DNA of 64,000 nucleotides from Felis catus (taxonomy: Eukaryota), in NCBI RefSeq assembly GCF_018350175.1, contig NC_058368.1, forward strand, positions 140,742,001 through 140,806,000. Direction: 5' to 3'. The notes under the pieces were generated by a model. It saw only the letters and a program-made list of their open reading frames with translations, did no database searches and had not been told where the DNA came from. The position numbers were made by a program, and so were the translations under genes. Of the stretch, positions 25,480 to 36,599 are shown piece by piece. The first letter of the stretch is position 1; every line of letters begins with the position of its first letter.

Positions 25480-25950
25480 AATTCTCAAGTTAGTTAACAT
25501 ACAGTGTAATCTTGGCTTCAGGAGTAGAATCCAGTGATTCATCACTTACACACAACAGCCAGTGCTCGTCCCAACAAGTACCCTCCTTAATGCCCATCAC
25601 CCATTTTCCCCACCCCTTTCAACCCTCAGTTTGTTCTCTGTACTTAAGAGTCTTTTATGTCTTGCCTCCCTCTCTGTTTTTATCTTATTTTTCTTTCCCT
25701 TCCCCTATGATCATCTGTTAAGTTTCTCAAATTCCACATGTAAGTGAAATCATGTAATACCTGTCTTTCTCTGACTTATTTCACTTAGCATAATACCCTC
25801 CAGTTCCATCCATGTTGTTTCAAATGGTAAGACTTCATTCTTTTTCATCGCCAAGTAGTATTCCATTGTATATATATATACCACATCTTCTTAATTCACT
25901 CATCAATTGATGGACATTTGGGCTCTTTCCATAATTTGGCTATTGTTCAT
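25364..25950 (-). mobile_element. 5'-truncated carnivore L1
   Basis: L1 3' UTR and ORF2 end on the minus strand; TSD TCCTTGTATA(T/C)TTCT at 25349-25363 and 25952-25966. Confidence 0.93.
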
Positions 25951-26773
25951 ATCCTTGTATACTTCTTTTTTTTTTTTTGCCCTTAACCATCAGTTAATAA
26001 ATCAGGAATTCCTAAATATCCAAAAGACCTAGTCAAGTTTGCCAAACTGTTTTATAAACATGGTGGCAGTAGTTTCTGGGTTGTTTTGTTTTGTTTTAAG
26101 CAAATACCACTCCGGTAATTGTAAAAAACAAAAAAAAAAAAAAAAGCAAACAAAAAGGCAAGGGAAAACAAAGGTGTATGAAACAGGTTCTGATTCAAGA
26201 AGTGATCTGTGCATTTAGGTTTGTCATCCTTCTTTCCCACTTCCTACTGAAGTGATAAAGAATGTAAAAGAGTCTAAATCCATAGTCACAAAGACAGTGA
26301 AGGATGAGTTGATGACGAGCAGTTAAGAGATTTCAGTTAACTTCTGGGAGATGGAAAGAGGGTGCAAATGTGTAGTCAGAGGGGGCAAAGTACAGGGAAT
26401 GTGTGGGAGGGGCTCCAGGGAAGTGGGTCTTCTCTGCCTGACAGATGCCCAGAGTGGGTTTGGACTGAAGTCTGCACGTAAGAAGAGACTGAGAAAGAGG
26501 CTGAAAACGGAATGCTAAAAGGCAAGATTTTCAAAATGCTGCGGCAAAGTTATTTAGGACCTAGAATTCTATTCATCTAAAACATCTGTCAAAAATTAAA
26601 GCAGATAAGGTTCAGTTGCTATATACCCTTTTGAATGCTGGAGGATGTACTCCAAAAGAAATGGAGAAACCCAAGGAAGAGAAAAAAGGTATAAAATACA
26701 AGCAGTTGAGGAACCAAACCAGGATGAGAGCAATGCAAATGATTAAAGTGTTTGGGTTCCAAGAACACCACAA

Positions 26774-26984
26774 GGGCGCCTGGGAGGCTCAGTCGGTGAA
26801 GTGTCTGACTTCAGCTCAGGTCATGATCTCACGGTTCGTGGGTTCGAGCCCCATCTAGCTCTGCGCTGACAGCACAGATCCTGGAGCCTGCTTCAGATTC
26901 TGTCTCCCTCTGCCCCTCCCCCACTCGCACTCTGTCTCTCCCTTTCTCTCTCAAAAATAAACATTAAAAAAATTAAAAAAAAAA
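26774..26984 (+). mobile_element. CAN-SINE
   Basis: Head, body and tail; AACACCAC flank repeated. Confidence 0.94.
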
Positions 26985-27108
26985 ACACCACTATGAAGAA
27001 CGGACTGCATTCCAGGCAATATATAAAATAAGTAAGAAACTGTGGAGGAGGGGGTGGGGAGAGACTGATGGCAAAGGAATGTTTCTTCTTCATTAAGAAA
27101 GGAAGTTA

Positions 27109-27440
27109 GGATTGCCTGGCTGGCTTAGTCTCAAAAAGCAGGTGACTCTTGATCTCAAGATCGTGAATTCAAGACCCATGTTGGGCACATAGATATCTTA
27201 AATAAAACTTGGGGCGTCTGGGTGGCTCAGTTGGTTCAGCATCCAATGTTTGATTTCAGCTCAGGTCATGATCTGTGGGATTGAGACCCCTGTCAGGCTG
27301 CACACTAAGTGTGGAGCCTGCTTAAGATTTTCTCTCTCTCCCACTACCCCTCTCCCCCGCTTACACACACACACACACACTCTCTCTCTCTCTCAAATAA
27401 AATTTAAAAAAATTCTAATTTAAAAACTAAAAAAAAAAAT
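27109..27440 (+). mobile_element. Short plus long CAN-SINE pair
   Basis: Heads at 27109 and 27211. Confidence 0.9.
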
Positions 27441-27870
27441 TTTTAAGGAAATTAGAGCTCCAAGGAATAAATCTGCACAAGAAATTGATAATCCTTATAA
27501 GAAGCAAACTAAATTATAGGGTAATTTTGAGCAGTTGATGGAATATGAGACAGAAGAATCTTGATACCCTAATACCAGACATTCACTCACCGCAGCATAA
27601 GGGAATACAACACTACGTCTTTGGAAAAGGAAACATAATCATTGCTCAAGGCAAAGGAAATTGACTTTTATGTGAATGATATGTACCTAGATGTAATAAT
27701 ATAATCAGTTCGCTGATTCTCAACTTTTAGACCCTACCCAACAAGGACAGCTTGATGATTGTAGAACAGAATGAAAAATGTTGTCAGCTTTGATTGTGTA
27801 ACAGAAAAGGCACCCATGGCAGAGGCCGGAAAATGGAAGGAGAGGAATTGGAGGGAAGAATGGAAATTTT

Positions 27871-28088
27871 ATTTTATTTTATTTTTATTTTTTATTTATT
27901 TTTGGGACAGAGAGAGACAGAGCATGAACGGGGGAGGGGCAGAGAGAGAGGGAGACACAGAATCGGAAACAGGCTCCAGGCTCCGAGCCATCAGCCCAGA
28001 GCCCGACGCGGGGCTCGAACTCACGGACCTCGAGATCGTGACCTGGCTGAAGTCGGACGCTTAACCGACTGCGCCACCCAGGCGCCCC
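27871..28088 (-). mobile_element. Young feline CAN-SINE
   Basis: Young diagnostics; TSD AAGAATGGAAATTTT. Confidence 0.97.
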
Positions 28089-29217
28089 AAGAATGGAAAT
28101 TTTAATATTCTCATTCTATTTGTGGGGAGTGGGTGTTTGTGTATAAAATGGATGGAAGAAGAAATAGGAGTTAAAGCATATTACTTGTAGTTATGAATAT
28201 AACCAATTAAAATGATTTGAAGCAATAATTTGGCGATGGACAAAATTGGGAGCAGAGGGAGAGGAAAGGCAAGATTTAGTGTAAGTGAACAAAAATCTAA
28301 TCTCTCATTGTTAGAAGTTAATAGATACTTTTTAAGTTAAGAATCAAGAAATAGAAATAGAAGCTTATGGTGGTAACATCCAGAAGAATTAAGACCAGAT
28401 ATTGTGGAAAAGCGCTTGTTTCTGAAAAGGGGGAAGAAAGAAACAGAAGAGGGAAAACAACTGATCTTTTTTTCAAAAAACCTTAACTATTTGGTTGTTT
28501 TTTTTTTTTTTTTCTCTTTTAACCATGTCCATGCATACTTTGAGGTAATGGTAGGTAATGGTTGAATTATGGAAACTACTGGAAATTTGACTTGTATATC
28601 TATCTTTGAAATTACTGCGGTCATTGCCTTTTAAGTAGTTAGCTCAGTGAGTTATAGTTTTTTTGCTTATTTGATTCCACAGCACAGTTTTGAAAATCAC
28701 CCAGAAAAAGTGATGTGTGGCTTGAGCTGACTTTTTAATGGGATAAAATTAAAATTTGGTTTGAAGTCTGTAAGGAAACTGGTGACATTGTGGTTTCCTG
28801 GGTGTACCCTGAAATTACAGGTGCACATGTGACAGTGGGAATTAGCCAGACACCTGAGCACCCACTTTTAGCTAGGGAAATCACCAGAGCTTACAAATAG
28901 CAGAATGGGCTTGTGGGGCCCCCTACTGTCATGTTGGCAAACTGCATCTTCCTGGGCAGCATTCCAGGGTGATTTTTTTTTTTTTTTTTTTTTAATGGTA
29001 GTAATAGTAATACTCTGAGCCTGAAGGGAGAAGATATGAGTGGTGGTGGGAGAACTGGGACTCCATGTGCATTTATTTATGTGTTTTAATAAATATGATT
29101 TCCAAAATTAGTTACATAACAATTTGAGAAATTTGAACGTGGACTGCACATTAAATGATATTTGGGTATTATTGTTAATGTTCTAATGATGATGCTACGG
29201 TTATATAGAGTGTCCTT

Positions 29218-29420
29218 GGGTGCCTGGATGGCTCAGTCAGTTAAGCATCTGACTCTTGATTTCAGCTCAGGTCATGATCTCATGGTTGGTGGGATAGAGC
29301 CCTTTATCGGGCTCTGTGCTGTCGGCTGCTTGGGATTCTCTCTACCTCTCTCTCTGCCCCTCCCCCACTCGAGCTCACTCACGCTCTCTCTCAAAGTAAA
29401 TACACAAACATTAAAAAATA
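29218..29420 (+). mobile_element. CAN-SINE inside an old L1ME-like 3' fragment (~29120-29525)
   Basis: SINE head and tail; flanks resemble an L1ME 3' UTR. Confidence 0.9.
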
Positions 29421-29706
29421 TATAAGTTCAATTTTCTCAACTTGTTTATAGTGCCCTTATTTTGGGAAATTCATGCTCAAGTATTCAGGAGTGAAATATA
29501 CCATCTACAACTGACTCTCAGATGGTGTCCTTACTCATTCAGTTAAAGACAAAGCCCTACGAGGTCATTTTCCCATGGAAATCCTCTCTTATCTTCCATA
29601 ATTGATTTGGAGTTGGGAAGCAGCTGTTAAGCCCAGGACTACATTTCTAGATTCTTTGCAGCTAAAGGGCACACAGTGACCACTTTGAACTCTATGTCCA
29701 CGTCCA

Positions 29707-29741
29707 ATCGCTTCTCGGCCTTTTGGCTAAGATCAAGTGTA
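29707..29741 (+). pseudogene. 3'-truncated (tailless) U2 snRNA retropseudogene, nt 1-35
   Basis: ATCGCTTCTCGGCCTTTTGGCTAAGATCAAGTGTA matches the U2 5' end; TSD TATGTCCACGTC at 29693-29704 and 29740-29751. Confidence 0.96.
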
Positions 29742-29785
29742 TGTCCACGTCGGTGACAAAACCTTTAAGAAGGTGATGTACCCTC

Positions 29786-29892
29786 GGGGTGCCTGGCTGG
29801 CTCAGTCCATAGAGCATGCGACCCTTGATCTTGGGTTCATCAGTTCAAGCCCTATGTTGGGTATAGAGTTTACTTTAACAACAACAACAAAA
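29786..29892 (+). mobile_element. Short CAN-SINE
   Basis: Head plus AGAGTTTACTTT end. Confidence 0.9.
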
Positions 29893-30474
29893 GCTGGTAT
29901 ATACTCTTAACACACTCTTTCCCCCTCTGCAGACTGGATCCCCTAAACTGGAATATAAAACAGTAGAACAGTCTGATTGTGCTCACTCACAGTTAGGTAT
30001 ATGCATGCCCCATGACACAGAGACCCACTTCTGAGAATATATCTTAGAGAATTGATCTTACAGAACCTAAGGACACAGGGACAGTTTATGCATCATTACT
30101 GGTGGTGGTGAGAGTCAGAAGTAGCCAAGGTGATCGTCACTATGGAACCAGGGTAAAATATGGGGCACACGCTGTGACACACTATGCAGGTTTTAGGAGC
30201 CCCAAACTATTTGTACCTAGAAAATATGGAGAAAGCTTAAAAACTTGGTGATAGTGGGTACCTATAAGAGGGAGAAAACAGGAGTAGAGAGTGGCGCCTG
30301 GCACAATCAGAAGGTGATGACCCACCCTGACCTGAGGACGTGTAACTAGCTGGTTCCTTCTACTGTAGCAAACAGATCAGGCACCACCTTTGGGAACCTC
30401 CCCTGGTCCCCCCCAGCCCTGGGGGTTCCCACAGCATCCTTTACACCTATCCAGCCCAGCACAAGATTCTTGAC

Positions 30475-30961
30475 TTTTTTTTTTAAGTTTATTTATTTTG
30501 AGAGAGCGCGCGTGCTCAAGTGAGGGAGGGGCAGAGAGAGAATGGGGGAGAGAGAGAAGTCCAAGCAGGCTCAATACTGCCAGCACAGAGTCTGACACAG
30601 GGCTTAAACCTAAGGACCGTGAGATCATGACCTGAGCTGAAGTCAGATGCTTAACGAATTGAGCCACCTAGGTGCCCCTTTTCTTTCTTTCTTTTAATTC
30701 TTCTTCTTGTTCTTCTTCTTCTTCTTCTTCTTCTTCTTCTTCTTCTTCTTCTTCTTCTTCTTCTTCTAGAGAGAAAGAGAGAAAGCATTTGAGAGGGGGG
30801 CAGAGAGGCAGAGGGTGGGAGACAGAGAGAGGGAGAGGGAGAGAGGGAGAGGGAGAATCTTAGGCAGGCTGAGGCAGGACTCGAAACCATGACCCTGGGA
30901 TCATGATTTGAGCCAAAATCAAGACTCGGGTGTTCAACCAACTGAGCCACCAAGGCACCCC
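30475..30961 (-). mobile_element. Two tandem minus-strand CAN-SINEs (30475-30678 and ~30690-30961)
   Basis: Two reverse heads; the second tail is replaced by (TTC)n. Confidence 0.92.
30698..30766. repeat. (TTC)n/(GAA)n microsatellite, about 19 uninterrupted units
   Basis: Read directly. Confidence 0.95.
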
Positions 30962-31169
30962 AGGGTTTTGGACTCCTTACTTGCCTGTGTCAATCCTCTT
31001 AGGACTGTGAGCTCTGTGAGTATGTTTCATCTCAAGAACCTTTATATCTGGCCTAGTATTTGGCAAGTAGTAAGTTCTTTTTTTTGTTTCCTCTCTCCGA
31101 TACAAAATTTTGCTTTAGAGATGGAAAAAAGTAGTTGTGAAAATAGTTTCTAAAATTGTAGACCTTTTC

Positions 31170-31945
31170 AAAATTCACATATAACTAATGCATGTTGTTA
31201 TATTAGTTTCGGATGCAAAATATAATGATTCAACAATTCTGTACATTACTCAGTGCTCATCACAAGTGCACTCTTAATCTCCTTCACCTATTTCCCATCC
31301 CCCCACCCGCCCCCCTCTGGCAACCACCAGTTCTCCCTATTTCAGAATCTATTTTGGGAGCACCCAGCTGGCGCAATGGTTGGAGCTTGGGGACTCTTGA
31401 TCTTGGGGTTGTGAGTGTGAGCCCCACATTGGGTGTAGAGATTACTTGGTTAAGTATCAGACTCTTGACGGGCGCCTGGGTGGCTCAGTCAGCAAAGCGT
31501 CTGACTTCGGCTCAGGTCATGATCTCGCGGTTCATGGGTTCAGTCCTCACTGTTATTGAGGAGCCTGCATGGAATTCTCTCTCCTGTCTCTGCCCCTCCC
31601 CTGCTTGTGTTCTCTCTCTCTCAAAATAAATAAGTAAACTTTAAAAAAGAAAGAAAGAAAGAAATTTTAATTTAAAAAAATTTTTTAATGTTTATTTTTG
31701 AGAGAGACAGAGCGTGAGCTGGGGAGGGGCAGAGAGAGAGGGAGACACGGAATCCGAAGCAGGCTCCAGGCTCTGAGCTGTCGGCACAGCTTGACACGGG
31801 GCTTGAACTCATGGACCTCGAGATCATAACCTGAGCTGAAGTCAGATGCTTAACCAACTGAACCACCCACGTGCCCCAAATTAAAATTTTTTTTAAAAGA
31901 GTCCTATTTTTGTCTCTTTTTTTTCTTTGTTCATTTGTTTTGAGC
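31170..31945 (-). mobile_element. L1 3' end split by a SINE cluster
   Basis: TATATTAGTTTC...AATGATTCAACAATTCT...CAGTGCTCATCACAAG...CTCTGGCAACCACCAG; continues after 31895. Confidence 0.8.
31356..31877. mobile_element. SINE cluster: short (+, 31356), long (+, 31470-31662), long (-, 31670-31877)
   Basis: Three heads plus a 22-nt SINE remnant at 31447-31468. Confidence 0.9.
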
Positions 31946-32036
31946 ATATGATGCAATTCTTGAATTTGCAATTAATACATTGTGAGCACATACACTTATT
32001 CATAACTACACATCTTTTAAAAGTATCAATTCTTTG

Positions 32037-32226
32037 TGGCACCTGGGGGTTCAGTCAGTTGAGCGTCGGCCTCTTTATTTAGGCTGAGGTCATAATCCCA
32101 GGGTCATGGGACCAAGTCCCCAGTCAGGCTCCATGCTGAGCATAGAGCCCGTTTGATATTCTCTCTCCTTCCCTCCCTTCCTCTGCCCCTTTCCCCCACT
32201 TGCACTCTCTCTGAGACAGAAAAAAC
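32037..32226 (+). mobile_element. CAN-SINE
   Basis: Degenerate head and CT tract. Confidence 0.88.
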
Positions 32227-32455
32227 TTTTACAGTATTAATTCTTTCATTGTTTGCCAATTGAAAACTCCTAGTTCCGAAGGGATAGCAGCACACAGATT
32301 CTACATCCACTATCCAGGCCATATTAATATCACTGATTGTACACTGGTGGGTAAAACAGGTAACAAAGCAAAACCAAAATGACAGAGATAAAGAAGAGAT
32401 TGGTAACATTTTAGCCTGAGAGATGCTACCCCAAAGACAAGAAATAAAAAAAGTA

Positions 32456-32610
32456 GGGGCACCTGGGTTGGTTAAGTTTCTGGCTTTGGTTCAGGCCATG
32501 ATCTCAGGGTTCTCATGGGTTTTAGTCCTGTGTCAGGCTCACTGCAGTCCATGCAGAGCCTGCTTGGGATCCTGTCTCCCTCTCTCTCTGCTCCTCTCCA
32601 GCATGTACAT

Positions 32611-32651
<41 letters not shown>

Positions 32652-32900
32652 AATAAGTAAAGATTTTAAAAAAGACTTATTGGGACGCCTGGGTGGCTCA
32701 GTCGGTTGGGCGGCCGACTTCGGCTCAGGTCATGATCTCGCGGTCAGTGAGTTCAAGCCCTGCGTCGGGCTCTGTGCTGACAGCTCGGAGCCTGGAGCCT
32801 GTTTCAGATTCTGTGTCTCCCTCTCTCTGACCCTCCCCCATTCATGCTCTGTCTCTCTCTGTCTCAAAAATGAATAAACGTTAAAAAATAAAATTCAAAA
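32456..32900 (+). mobile_element. Two tandem CAN-SINEs (32456-32670 and 32682-32900)
   Basis: Two heads and two tails. Confidence 0.92.
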
Positions 32901-33044
32901 AACAGTCTTATTAAAAAAATAAAGCAGCAAGTATCATATAGCAAAATACCATGGAAAAATGATATTCTACCACCATGTGGCCCCAGAAAAACAAACCAGA
33001 ACCAAACGAAAACCATGGAAAAGATGCGGTTCTAAGTCATCCTC

Positions 33045-33180
33045 CGGCTCACCCCTTGACCCTACATGTGATCTCAGGCACTTCAGCTGTCTGGGACTCA
33101 GTTTCCTCCCCTATAAAATGAGGAGTTGCACTAGATGCACCCTCAGGTCCCTTCAGCTCAAACCTCCCCCTCATTCTACA
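33045..33180 (+). mobile_element. MIR/MIR3
   Basis: TGTGATCTCAGGCACTT...CTCAGTTTCCTCCCCTATAAAATGAGG...AGGTCCCTTCAGCTC. Confidence 0.75.
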
Positions 33181-33659
33181 GAACCGGATCTTTCTGACCT
33201 CTGAAGGGAAGATCAGAACTCCCAAGAACACTTTGTAAGACTTCTAACTGGACTGGCTGGCTATGAGCCCTTCCGTTGGTCTGTTGGCCAAATAACAATG
33301 AGTCCATCATAGAGCCCCTAAATGGGTCAATTTGGATGCGCAGCAGGTGCTTTGAAAAGCTACTGCTTTAGGCCAAACGAGCGGGACCGGCTTGGAGTTG
33401 CCTTGGAGATGCAAATACGGATGGCAGGCGGAACTGTAAATCATTCTTTGCTCAGGACTCTCTCTCTTTGTCCCACCCTCCCATCGTGCTTTCCAACCCT
33501 GGGAGCCATTTTCAGGGTGAGCAGAGGAATCTGTGGAATGTTCATTTGTTTCTGTTATTTCCCACAAGCCGTCTTTGTTGTTGTTTTTTTTTTTAACTTG
33601 AATATCTAACATCCCCTCTTCAAACCAGGACTCAGTAAAAAAAAAAAAAAAAAAAACGG

Positions 33660-34345
33660 TGCTTCATGCTATTTGCAGTAGCCGAAAACTGGAAACTCAA
33701 ATGCTCGTTAAAAATGGGATGAGTAAGTGACTGGTGGAACATTCACATAACAAAGTGGTAGACGACAGTGACCAGGAAGGAACTGCAACCGGCGACAGCC
33801 ACTTGGGTGAGTGTCCCTGACTAAATGAAGAGAAGAAGCCAGAGAATATGACTCCGCTTACATCAAGTTCAGCAGTTAAAAAGGAGACAAAAGGAATCTA
33901 TCCTTCTAAATTACCCTGATGGGGACTAACAACTAAAGGAGAAGCCAAGGGGAGCCTTCTAGTGTCCCAGTAACATTCGGCCTCTTGGTCGGGGCTCTGG
34001 TTATACGGGTATATTTTTTTTTTTATTTATTTTTAAATTTTTTTTTAACGTTTATTTATTTTTGGGACAGAGAGAGACAGAGCATGAATGGGGGAGGGGC
34101 AGAGAGAGAGGGAGACACAGAATCGGAAACAGGCTCCAGGCTCTGAGCCATCAGCCCAGAGCCCGCCGCGGGGCTCGAACTCACGGACCACGAGATCGTG
34201 ACCTGGCTGAAGTCGGACGCTTAACCGACGGCGCCACCCAGGCGCCCCATACGGGTATATTTTATACGGGTATATTCACTTTGTAAAACTTCATGAAGTT
34301 GCACGCTTATGTCCATTTTTTGTAAGGAAGTAACACTTCAACAAT
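33660..34345 (+). mobile_element. Old L1ME-like 3' fragment
   Basis: GCCGAAAACTGGAAAC...GAGCCTTCTAG...GGTTATACGGGTATATTCACTTTGTAAAACTTCATGAAG. Confidence 0.65.
34018..34248 (-). mobile_element. Young feline CAN-SINE
   Basis: Young diagnostics; TSD ATACGGGTATATTTT. Confidence 0.97.
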
Positions 34346-34850
34346 ATTACATACATTTTAACAATTAAATAAATATGCATGTATATTTTAAAGCTGGGAC
34401 TCCCAGTGGGGGGAGGGGGGGAGATTATTACATCACATAAAATATAAAAGCTTTCCAAAGTTCAGAAACACACACACAGTGGCGGGGGGTGGGGGAATCT
34501 TGATACTATAGAGAAACAGGATTCCCATTTGTGAATCAGGAGTATGATTGGGGGGGAAAACAAAGGCTTCGACCCTCAGGAGATGGGAAGGAAGCAGCCT
34601 TGAGGAGGAAACAGAATTAGTCAGCAGTAAAGTATGACTCACTCAAGAATACGAACAATCCAGCACTGTCCTTTGCCATTTGGACTCTGAACAAAAGTTG
34701 GTGAAATTATTCTAAGGTGTGAGTGAGTGAGGGGGTGTGCCCCAGAACACTATTTACTCAGCTTGATTTCTCCCTGTGGTAAATAAACACTTCTATCCCA
34801 CGTAAACTCCCCCTTCCCATTTGAAAATAGTTCATATATCATCAGGTATA

Positions 34851-35267
34851 TGATGTGATTTGATATGGGATCCAGGAACAAACGGTGAAGAAAGAATTGC
34901 TGAGATATTTTTGGAGCAAAATAGATGGTTTTATTAAAACGTGGACACAGGACCCGTGGGCAGAAAGAGCTGCACTAGGATTGTGAGGGTCGATTGTTTT
35001 TGTACTTTTAAGTTGGGAGGGCTCGAGACAAAGGAAGTTTCCAAAAGATTTTCGTATGTTAAAGAAGACTTACAGGATGCTGGAGGCCTGGCTTTTGTCA
35101 AGCTAAGATTGTTGTTTCCTCTAGCCAGGCATTAACATTAAGACAGTTGCGAGTTCCTGGAGGAATGTCATACTCTGCCTGCTTGAGTATTTGTCAATGG
35201 GCTGGCTGCAGGTTATAAGGAAATGTAACTTTATCTACATTTCCTTTTATCTTTGTTGTCCACATCA
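34851..35267 (-). mobile_element. Intact solo ERV LTR (417 bp)
   Basis: 7-bp inverted termini TGATGTG...CACATCA; perfect 5-bp TSD GTATA at 34846-34850 and 35268-35272; minus-strand AATAAA at 34930-34935. Confidence 0.88.
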
Positions 35268-35393
35268 GTATATACGACATACCATTCTCTGTGATCATTG
35301 TTGAGTTTAACATCCTTCCATATTGCCAGATCTTGTCAGAATCCAAACAGCAGTATTTGGACTATAACATAAATAAGCTTTGGGGAACTTCTT

Positions 35394-35608
35394 TAAATTT
35401 TCTTTTCTTTATTTATTTCTGAGAGACAGAGTGAGACAGAGCACGAGCGGGGGAGGGGCAGAGACAGAAGGAGGCAGAGAATCTGTAGCAGGCTCCAGGC
35501 TCTGAGCTGTCAGCACAGAGCCCAACACAGGGCTTGAACCCACGAACCGTGAGATCATGACCTTAGCCAAAGTCGCACACTTAACCAACTGAGCCACCCA
35601 GGCACCCC
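35394..35608 (-). mobile_element. CAN-SINE
   Basis: 18-bp TSD AGCTTTGGGGAACTTCTT. Confidence 0.96.
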
Positions 35609-35753
35609 AGCTTTGGGGAACTTCTTAGAGACACAGACTTTTTTGAGCAACGAGTCTGATTCAGCAGGTGACAGGTAGAGCCCAAGAGTCTTCATTTTAA
35701 CAAACGCCTCCCCACCCCCCACCCCATCTGCTATTTTTAATCCTGGCCATAGT

Positions 35754-36216
35754 TGTGATGGTTAATTTTATGTGTCAACTTGGCTGGGGCACAGGGTGCC
35801 AGACACTTGGTTATTATTCTGGTTGTGTCTACGAGGGTGTTTGTAGAAGTATAGCATTTGAATTGGTAGACTGAATAAAGCAGATTGGCTTTACACCCCA
35901 GTGTAGGTGCCCTCGTCCAATCTGCTGAAGGTCTGAATACAACAAAAAGGCAGGGTAAGGCAAAATTCACTCTCTGACTGTCTTCAAGCTGGGACATCAG
36001 TCTTCCTTTGGACTAAGACTGAGACTAGAATTTCTATCCAGCTCCCTGGTTCTCACCTCTTCAGACTCAGACTAGAACTACACCATCAACTCTCCTGGGT
36101 CCCCAGCTTGCTGACTGCAGGTCTCGGGACTTCTTAGCCTCCATAACTGTGAGCCTATCTATTCCTTATTTATAGACCCCATTGGTTCTGTTTCCCTGGA
36201 GAACTCAGACTATACG
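35754..36216 (+). mobile_element. MLT2-like ERVL solo LTR
   Basis: Starts TGTGATGGTTAATTTTATGTGTCAACTTGGCTGG and ends ATTGGTTCTGTTTCCCTGGAGAAC, both classic MLT2 termini. Confidence 0.88.
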
Positions 36217-36364
36217 ACAACTCTGAACTGTAAAAATTATGGATCTGCTATGTTCCTCTGAAGATACCTGATGTTTGGTTTAGCAGGCAGTTAACGTGGC
36301 TGAATTCAGACTCCAGATTCTGTCTTCATAGGGGGCAGCAGCTGAAATCCCAATTCAGTTTTTT

Positions 36365-36540
36365 GATTTTGTGCTTGACATACATTATCTTATGTATTAC
36401 TCCTAACAAACGCTGTGAAGTAAACACATTATCCTCATTTGACACACAAGGAAAGGAAAGCTCATAGAATATTAAGGTGCCACGCAGGAATTGAAATCCA
36501 ATGCTTTTTCCAAAGCTTTTAGACTTCGGAGAGCCAAGAA
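36365..36540 (-). mobile_element. MIR
   Basis: CATTATCT...CCTAACAAAC...ATTATCCTCATTTGAC...GGAAAGCTCATAG. Confidence 0.6.
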
Positions 36541-36599
36541 GTGCTCTATTTAGCTTTGTGTTCAATTAATGTCCGTTGAATAAACCAAAGAAGAAAGGC

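Larger units (their letters stand above)
26240..28520 (+). mobile_element. Ancient HAL1/L1ME-like fragment interrupted by SINEs
   Basis: A-rich sense strand with TTCAAAATGCTG...CCTAGAATTCTAT and CTGGAGGATGTACTCCA motifs. Family assignment tentative. Confidence 0.45.

Noticed and set aside
25327..25545. Poly-Glu and poly-Ser ORFs (and the poly-Arg/Ser ORFs at 30651-30953)
   Set aside because: Produced by trinucleotide microsatellites in retroelement tails.
29707..29741. Functional U2 snRNA gene
   Set aside because: Only 35 nt, with no Sm site or 3' stem-loops, and flanked by a TSD.
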